Assembly (NCBI GenBank): GCA_004431415.1
Contig: QPMI01000531.1
Location: 1 to 64,000 of the forward strand
Source of the DNA: Cyanophora paradoxa CCMP329
Lineage: Eukaryota; Plantae; Glaucophyta
DNA: 64,000 nt
Reading direction: 5' to 3'
The position numbers and the translations under genes were made by a program. This document shows, piece after piece, positions 56,092 to 64,000 of this stretch (its first letter is position 1; every line of letters starts with the position of its first letter). Under the pieces are notes generated by a model, which ran no database searches, was not told the origin of the DNA, and saw nothing but the letters and a program-made list of their open reading frames with translations.

Positions 56092-56357
56092 GGCGGACTC
56101 GGTCGTGCAGGCCAGGCTGTGCATCGAGTTGGCATCGCGCTTGGCATTGAGTTGTCTCAACATCGAGGCTGTGCATTGCATTGAGCCCCAGTTGAGGCCA
56201 GGCTGTGCATCGAGTTGGCTTAAGCGCTTCTCTGCAGCTAGGGGGAAGCTAAGTGTGCGGGCCCCCCGACTCCCACGTGCACGCTGATCATGCTTAACTC
56301 GGTCATGATCATGAGATTTGTTGATCAAGCTAAAGCTATAGCACTATGCCCTCGTTG

Positions 56358-58524
56358 TTACTCCTGTGCAAACTTGGGTGGGGCGAGGAGGGGCACGCGC
56401 TGGGCCTGGGAGAGGAAGCTGCGCGAGACAAGCGACAGGACGTCGACGGAAGAGGGGGACGGGCGGGGCGACGGGCGGCGCCGGGTCAGGTCTAGGGGCG
56501 GGGGCCCGGGGCGGCCGCGGGGCGGGGGAGGAAGCCCTCGGGGAGCTTGACGGAGGGCCGGCGGCGCCCGGCCGCCGACTTGCCGGCCCCTGGGGGCCGC
56601 CCCGGGGCGGCCACGGGGGCGGCGGCGGGGTCGTAGAGGGCGGCGGCGGGGTCGGCGAGGGCGCGGAGCTCGGCGAGGGAGGCGGCGCGCAGGGCCGCCT
56701 CGCGCAGGGCCGCCCCCGCCGGGCCGTACCGCGCCAGGTACCATCCCGCGTGCTTCCGGAACGCCGGCACCGCCCCCGCTCCCCGCGCCCGCGGGGGGTT
56801 AGGCTCGGGCGGGGGGAGAGGGGGGTGTACGGGGCGGACCAGGCGGCCTCGCGGGCGGCGTGGTCGAGGGCGACGGCGAGGGCCTCCCCGAGGCGCGGCT
56901 CCGGCCCCGGGGGCGCCCCTCGAAGGCCGCCGCCAGGTCCCGGAACTGCGCGGGTAGGGCTCAGGCGCACGGGGGGGAGGCGCAGGGGGCCGGGGCGGGG
57001 CGGGGCGGGGCGGGACCAGCCAGGGGCGGCCGAGGCAGCCGCGGCCGACGACGACGCCATCGCAGCGCGTGGCGGCCGCCATGCGGAGCGCGTCCCCCGC
57101 CCCCCACACGTCCCCGTTCCCCAGCACGGGCACAGAGAGCGCCTCCTTCAGCTCCGCGATCGCCTGCGGGGGTACCCGCTCGAGGCATTGGGGGGGGGGG
57201 GGGGGGGGGAAGCGGGGGGTACGCGCCTCCCAGCGAGCGTCGCCGTCGTACATCTGAGCGGCCGTTCGCGCGTGCAGCGCAACCGCCGCGACGCCTGCGG
57301 CAGGGGCGTGAGGGGCGCCTGTACCCTCCCTCCCCGAAAAGGCGTACCCTCCTCCTGGGCGATGCGGCCGGCCTCGAGGAAGGTGAGGCGGTCCTCGTCG
57401 AGCCCCATCCGCATCTGCACCCCGGGCGTGAGGGGTACGGGAGAACAGAAGGGGCGGGGTCGGGGCGAGGCCGGGCCTTGATGGTGACGGGGACGGAGCC
57501 GCCGGCGCCGGCCTGCGGCGGGGCGGGGCGGGGAAGCGTCGGAAGCAAAGCGGAGGGCAGGGGAGGGGGGGAGCGGACGACGACGGCACGGAGGACGGAG
57601 CGGAAGAGGTCGGGGCGGGCGGGGATCGCCGACCCCGCCCCCTTCGACGTGATCTGCGCCGCCGGCGGGGGCGCGCGTGGGCGAGCCTCGGGGGGGCCGG
57701 CGCCCCGGGGCGGCCTCTCGGGCGGACCTTGGGCATTGGGCAGCCGAAGTTGATGTCGACGTGGTCCACCTGCGCGCGCGCGCAGGCCGCTGAGCCGCGC
57801 CGCGGGGCGCAGGGCCGAAAGGGGCGGGGCGGGGCGCACGCGGCCCTCGCCGACGAGGATGCGGGCGGCCTCGCCCATGGCGGCCGGGTCCGAGCCGGCG
57901 ATCTGCACGCTCCGCGGCGCCTCCGACGGGCCGAAGCGCGCCAGCTCCCACGTGCCCCGGTCGTTCCCCACCAGGCACGCCGCTGCCGCCCGGCCCGGCG
58001 CGGGACCGGTCGGAGGGCGGCCTCGCGAGGGGCGAGCGCCTCGGGCCGGGCCACGGGGCACCCTGGATCATCTCGCTGACGAACAAGCCTGGCACGGTGC
58101 CCTCCTCCTCCGCGGCGACGCCCTGAAGCATGAACTCGCGGCAGAGCGAGCGGAAGGGCGCGCCCGTGATCCCTGCGCGGCCGCGCTCGGCGCCGGGTGT
58201 ACACGATGCAGTGCCTGCGGTGCTGAGCTCACCCGCCATCGGTGCGAGAATGACTGGAGGCCACACGCGCAGCGCGCCGATCTTGAGCGGCTCTCGTCGT
58301 TCGACGGACCTCGCCGCGGCTTCGGGGACGGGTGGGGCGCTCGAAGGTGCATCCTGAGCGCTTCTACTCGCGCTTAAAGCGCACGGGCCGCGCCTCCGCT
58401 CCACCCGCCGTACGACGCGCTTGGCCGCGGGCGTTGCGAGCCTGGGTGGCGGCCGCGGCCACGCAGGTGGTGCGCGGCGGTCGACCAGGTCCTTCACGAG
58501 CGGGCCGGCGTGCACGAAGCCCAT
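56358..58524 (-). CDS. dusB: tRNA-dihydrouridine synthase DusB-type with N-terminal targeting peptide
   Basis: VILAPMAG, VSEMI, DINFGCP, PVTIKMRMG, ALHART, PVLGNGD and GVVVGRGCLGRPWL; preceded by an MGFV... Ala/Pro/Arg-rich extension. Confidence 0.93.
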
Positions 58525-58947
58525 CGGAGCGGGCGGGGACGGCGCTGCCCGAACTGCGGAGCTGCAAGCTAAGCACCGAGCGCTAACGACTAAGCTAGGG
58601 GCGGGGGCTTCTGCTGCTGAGCCTGCGAATCGCACGGTCCAATTGCAAGCCCGCCTCTGAGCCCGGGTCGAATCCGCCCGTGGGAGTTTCTCTTGAGAGG
58701 GGTCATCCAACGCGCGCGCTACCGCGCGCTCGCGCGATCGCGCCCTTCCTGTCAGCGCAGGCTCGAGCTCGGTTACGATTCGATTGACTCGATTCGAGCG
58801 CAAGCGCGCAGGACCGCATTCGGTCGAGTTTCCGGTCGAAAATTTTTCGCCAGCAGCGGGTTCGCACTGACTCCGTAGCCTGCAGCTGTCGGACCGACTC
58901 GGACGTCGCTAATCGTCGTCTAACTTTCGCCGCAGCTGCAACGCACG

Positions 58948-61107
58948 ATGTTCCAGAGAGCTACGCTGACGATCTCGCTGCCGGCCGAGAAAGTGGGAGT
59001 GATCATCGGCAAAGGCGGCGCGACGATCAACGGCATCAAGGATAAGTCCGGCGCACGGGTCGCGATCGTAGGCACCGACGCCATCATTTCGGGCTCTTCT
59101 AAGGCAGTTGAGATTGCTGCTCGCCTGATCAATGTACGCCTTTCTGCTCGACGGGATCAGAAGTATGCAGCTAAATTTGAATTCCGGCGCGCGCTCGGTG
59201 CAGGATCATCTCGTCGTTCGCAAGGATGAGGGGCACGGTCGCCCCGAAAAGGCGAGCGTGCACAGCTTTGATTGGTGCCTCGATCTCTCTTGCATCTGAT
59301 CGATATCGATCACGGGCCGCGCAGGCGGTCGTCGTGCTCGACGTCAGCGCCAGCGATCTCTTCTCGGGTCCGCCGAAGCGCGTCGCGTTCGTTCGTTGCC
59401 CGCGGGCGTTCGAGGTCAACACGCACTCGCTGGGGCGCTCTCTGTTCGAGGCGCGCCTCGTGGAGCGGCGGGGCGCCGGCTCCTCCGTCGATTGGGAGCT
59501 GGAGCAGGCCACCGAGCGTGCCGCCTGCATGCAGCTCGCGGCTGCAGCGCCGGGCGGCGAGTCGGGAAGCTTTGCGCTGCAGTCCTCCCTCGAGGACGTG
59601 CTCGCGGGAGTCCGGGAGACGCTGCGCCGCCGCATGGTCGACCAACCCTTCGACGGCCGCATCAAGGCGCGCACGCGCAGTGCTCTAGCTCTGGGCTTTT
59701 GCTTTACGCTGACCGCGGTCGCGCAGGTCGTGATTCGCTTCGGGGCCCAGCTGTTCTACGCGCCGCCGGCCGCGAGGGCGGGCCTAGAGGGCTCCGAGCT
59801 CACGCCGTCCGAGTGGTGCAGGAAGACGGGCTTCTCGGCCAGCGGGGTGCGCGCCTGCGGGCTCCGCCTGCAATCGTCGGGACTGGCGGCGCGACCTGAG
59901 AGCCCCCCGCCTCCGCAGCTCCGCACCTCCTTCGCGAACCAGGCGTCGAGGGTAGGCGGCGCGCTGCGGCTCGAGCTCTCCTTGCGGGACGGCCCGAGCG
60001 CGCGGGGCAGGACCAGGTGCGGGACCTGGAGGAGCACCTGAGGGCCAGCGGCTTCTCCGTGCTCGAGGAGGACGTCCAGCGTGCGCCCCCGGCCCCGGCC
60101 CCGCCCCGCCCGGCGCGAGCATGGGACCCGCAGGGAGCAAGAAGACGCTCTCGCTGCACTACAAGCTGGACGGGACGAAGCGGAAGGCGACACTGCGGTG
60201 GGAGGCGGAGCGGGGCCGGTGGGAGGTCGTGCGCGGCGGCACCGAGGCCCGCAAGGAGTGGGTCATCGCCCTCGCCTCCGGTGCTCTGCGCCTCGGCCTC
60301 TGTCCATCTCCGTGGCTTGACACGGGGCGGGGCGGGGCGGCAGGGGCGGGGCGGCTGGACGCGCGGCTCATCTTGACGACGTCGAAAGAGGAGGCGGCGG
60401 AGCCCGAGGTCGTCGCCTTCGTGCGGGAGATCCAGGCCCGCCCGCCCCGTCTTAAGCTTCAGCGCCGTCGGCGTCTGTGGGGCCGGCGCCGCTGAGGGCG
60501 GGGGGGCATGCGCAGGGGCCGGGGGCGGGGCGGAGCGGGATCCCGACGGGCCCGGACGAGCTCTTCGTGCCGCGGGAGGGCGCCGGGGGCCGCCTCCAGG
60601 TCGACACCGCCCGCTTCAAGCGCCGCCGCCGCTACTCGTCCGCCACCCCCGCCCCCCCTCGAGCCTGGGGCCCGCCGCCGACCCGGGCGGGGCGGGGCGG
60701 GCAGGGACGGGGAGCGCAAGGTCTCGTTCACGGAGGCGCGCCCCGCCGCCTCAGGGGCCGGCACCGCCGGCCACGCGTACGGCGAGCCCACCACCGAGAT
60801 CGCCCTCTCCCGGCCCGCCCCGCCCCGCCCGCTAGCCCATAGCAGCTCCCGTCTCACTCGGATGCAGGATGGACTGGCGGGAGACGTTCAAGGGGCGCGG
60901 GTGGGAGGCCGGGGACGGGCAGCGCTGCTTCGACTGCGTCGCCGGCGAGGGGCGGGTGAGCTCGAGCGGCGGGCGGCGGCCCACTTCGAGCTTGCCCTCT
61001 GCCTAGGCCCCTGACGAGGGCGGCGCCGCGGGGGCCAGATCGAGGGGCTGCTGGAGGAGGCGCGCCGCCTCTCCCGCGCCGCTGGGCTCCACCGCCTCGC
61101 GCCCTGA
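58948..61107 (+). CDS. KH-domain RNA-binding protein
   Basis: LPAEKVGVIIGKGGATINGIKDKSGA (GxxG loop), followed by several exons of unknown domain. Confidence 0.8.
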
Positions 61108-61699
61108 CTCGGCGGTGCGACCCGGGCGCGTGCGGGTTTGAGCTAGTTAAGATCCCCGCACTGCGGCACCACCCTCACAGTCGTACAATCATGATCATGA
61201 TCAGTAAAAAGTAATCAGATTTCATGATGTTTCATGACGTGTATATCATTAGAGACTAGTACTCCTCTTCATTCAATTCTATAGCTACCGTACTAGCTAG
61301 TCGTGATCGTGATCATTCCAAACTCAGTGACTGGCGGGGTCGAGCTCCCAATGCCATGATGGAGAGCTCGCGCTTGAATTTCGGTAATTTGAATTCGGCG
61401 CACTGGCACCTATTTCCGGAATTAGGCAGATGCCGCAGTGCCGCACGGTGCTGCAAACTTGAAGCTTTCGCACACGCGTCGGTCCGTCTCGCGAAGCTCT
61501 CGTCCGTATACGTATACGTACGCCTCTCAATTTCTAATTCTGGAACGTTCAATAATGTGTACATCGCTCCCGCTAGGTCCTGCATCGATATAGCGAAGCG
61601 AGCGAATCGAGAATTTGCCGATAGGGTTTCCGCTCTTAGCGATCGAAATTCGCACGCGCTCGAATGAAGTCTACCGGAGCCACAGTAACTTGACTAAGC

Positions 61700-64000
61700 A
61701 GACGGGGCGCCTCCAGCGCTTACGCTAAAAGTAGAGGACGAGGCGCCGCTGGCCGTCGCGCGTCACCTGGCTCTGCACCTTCGTCACCCGCATCCTGCCC
61801 CCCCGCCCCCGTCAGCCTCGGGCCCGGGAGGGGCGCACGTGGGGCGGGGGGCGGGGCGGGCACCCGTGGCGGTGGGCCTGCTGGGTGAGGGCCCGGATGT
61901 TGGCCATCTCCTGGTCGGGCACGGGCGGCACAACGGGGCTCGCAGGCACGAGCCCCTCGAGCTCCTGCGGGATCGCCTCCAGCTCCAGCGGCGGGGGCCG
62001 GTGCCGCACGCGCCCGCCCGCCGACGCCGGCCGCGGCCGGGCCGGGCCGGGGCGCCCGCCGCGGCTGGAGGCGACGCTGGCGCGGCTGGAGGCGACGCTG
62101 GCGCGCTCGTCGCCGGAGCCGGCGTCGAAGGAGCGGTCGGCCCCGCGCCGCGAGGCGCTGCTATCCCGCAGGCCCCCACCGGGCTCGGGCTCCGCCGCGA
62201 CGCCGAGCGCGGCCGCCGCTGCGGCGCGTACGCCGCCGTCGCCGCCACCATCGCCGCCGCCGCCAGCGGCCCGTTCGCGAGCCGCGGCGGACCCGTCGCT
62301 ACGACGGGCGCGGTGCCGGTCTTGGCGGCGGGGGAGGCGTGGGCGCGGCGCATGGCGGCGGAGAGGTTGTGCGGGGAGTGCCGCCCGCTCGCGTCGGGCC
62401 CGGCGTGCAGGCCGCGCCCGTAGTACCCCCGCGACTGCGAGTGGCTCGAGTGGGCGGGTGAGGGCGGCACGTCCCCGGCCTCGCTCCCGCCCCCCTCCAG
62501 CAGCCTGCGCCCCGCTCAGCGGCGACGCCTCTCCCCGCCGGGGAGGGGGTCCCACCCGAAGAGCTCGCGGACGCGGCGCTCGGCGCGGGCGAGCTGGCGG
62601 CGGACGGCCCGCAGGCTCTCCGCGTCCCGCGCCGCCCGCCGCTCCCCGCCGGCCCCTCCGCGTCCGCCGCCCGCATCTCGGCCACGAGCTGCGCCTGGAT
62701 GCCGATGATGCGCCGCAGCTCCCCGATCTCCCGCTGCGCCTCCGCCAGCTGGCCCCGCAGCGCCTCCCCCCGCTGCTCCCGCCCCGCCCCGCCCGTCGAC
62801 GTCATGATGTCCCCCTGCCGCCGCCGGTCAGGAGCCGGCCGCCGGGCGGGGCGGGGCGGGGCGGACGGTGTAGGCGCGGGCGCGGTGCTCGAGGCGCTCC
62901 TCGAGGGCCATCAGCAGCCGCCGCACCCGCCCCTCGTAGTGCTCCAGGTCCGGCCCCGACGGCCCCCGGCCCGCCCCAGCCCCGCCCCCTCTCCTCGTCC
63001 TCCCGGAAGGCCCGGCCCAGCCGTCGGGGGCGGCGGGCCGAGGGCGAGGCGGCGCGGAAGCCCCGCGCGGCGCTGGCGGAGGGGCTGCTGACGCGGCGCA
63101 GGGAGGCGGCGAGGTGCCGCTCGAGCCGCGCCGCGTCGGCGTCCGGCGAGGGCGACGCCTCCCGCGAGCCCTGCGCGCAGCGTGAGAGGGGCGGGCGGGC
63201 GGGGCCGGCGGGGCACCGGAGGAGGGCCTCGAGGACGGCGCGGGAGCCCATGGCGGAGTCGTTGGCGCGCCCCGCGAGCTCCTTCCCCTCCGCCAGCTCC
63301 GCCGCCTGCTGCGAGCGCCGCGCCTCCGCCACCGCCGCCCGCTGCTCCTCGTACCGCCGCCGCCGCTCCTCCCGCGCCATCTCGTCGCCCCCGCCCTCCC
63401 CCTCCTCCTCCCACGCCGACGTCTCCGAGCCCGAGGCCCCGGCCCGGCGCGGGGGCGCGGGCCGGGGCGGCCGAGGTGCGAGGCGAGCACGCGCTCGAAC
63501 TCGTCCATGGGGGCCCCTCCGCCGCCGCCGAGGCCCCGCGCGTCGCTGACGTCGGCCGCCGCCGCGCCGGCGCGCTCTGAGCCCGCCGCGGCTTCTCCCG
63601 CCCCTCTGCTGCTGCTGCTTCAGGACATCGCCCAGCGGCAGCCGCGGGGCGCCCCCGGCTGGCCCGGGAGCGGCCGCCCGCCGCCGCCGGCCCCGCCGCC
63701 GGCCCCGCCGCCGGCGCCTTCGACGAAGCCGTCCCCGACACTGCGCGGCGCCGGCTCGGGCCCCGCGGGGCGCACAAGACGCGGGGCGGGCGGGGGCGCA
63801 CTGTAGCGGGCCTTGGCGGACTCGGGCCGCTTGCCCTTGGACCGCAGCCGCTCCCGCGCCTCCCCCGCCGTCACTGCCGCCCCGCCCTCAGCCCGCCGGC
63901 CCCGCGGGGGGCACTGGCGGGAAGGGAGCGCACTGCCGGCGCCGCGGGCGGGGCGGTGGCCATGGGCGGGGAGGGGCTCGCCGGGGGCCCCCGGGCCCCG
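61700..64000 (-). CDS. Hypothetical coiled-coil/low-complexity host protein, 5' end beyond window
   Basis: Codon-biased exons (DLEHYEGRVRRLLMALEERLEH; EQRGEALRGQLAEAQREIGELRR) separated by CCCCG introns. Boundaries approximate. Confidence 0.5.

Noticed and set aside
56090-56225. Repeated GGCCAGGCTGTGCATCGAGTTGGC in a 3' region
   Set aside because: Short local duplication with no TIR/TSD or other structure to support a function.
24974-64000. Many long Arg/Pro/Gly/Ala-rich ORFs in the ORF track (e.g. 25092-26531, 35615-37267, 61885-63549)
   Set aside because: Shadow or read-through frames caused by very high GC and stop-free mini-introns; real exons were assigned from conserved motifs.

Overview
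Eukaryotic nuclear DNA in two parts. (1) 1-~24,560 is a dense, AT-richer block of endogenous Polinton-like/virophage-like virus sequence. It contains a protein-primed PolB-SF1 helicase-HNH fusion, an rve integrase, a tandem DUF5710 protein, two diverged copies of a major capsid/penton/ORF module each ending in the same ~265-bp G-rich terminal sequence, and an A32-like packaging ATPase. It also contains four paralogous fibre genes with a shared N-terminus and swapped heads, a phage-type fibre-associated protein, a DUF723-like Zn-ribbon gene, a prokaryote-type AdoMet decarboxylase, two intron-containing genes and several repeat/hairpin structures. At each internal junction the downstream segment begins with a truncated gene and the upstream segment ends in terminus-like DNA. 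This suggests four viral elements nested inside one another and inside a CACTA transposon whose end is at 24,564. Most frameshifts in this block are single-base losses in homopolymers and may be long-read assembly errors. (2) ~24,600-64,000 is GC-rich host DNA with many tiny introns, often GC-AG. It encodes RPS19, a RING-TRAF-MATH E3 ligase, a SNF1/CIPK-like kinase fused to two receiver domains and DUF547, a lipase maturation factor, KLHDC4/Kel3, a permuted papain-like amidase, two F-box(-LRR) genes, a Nudix-like gene, an actinobacterial-type DusB with a probable plastid transit peptide and a KH protein, plus a hAT MITE and a decayed Helitron-like relic. The intron style and the M-G-F transit-peptide start suggest a glaucophyte such as Cyanophora (inference only). 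Family assignments come from motifs recognised by eye; no searches were run.
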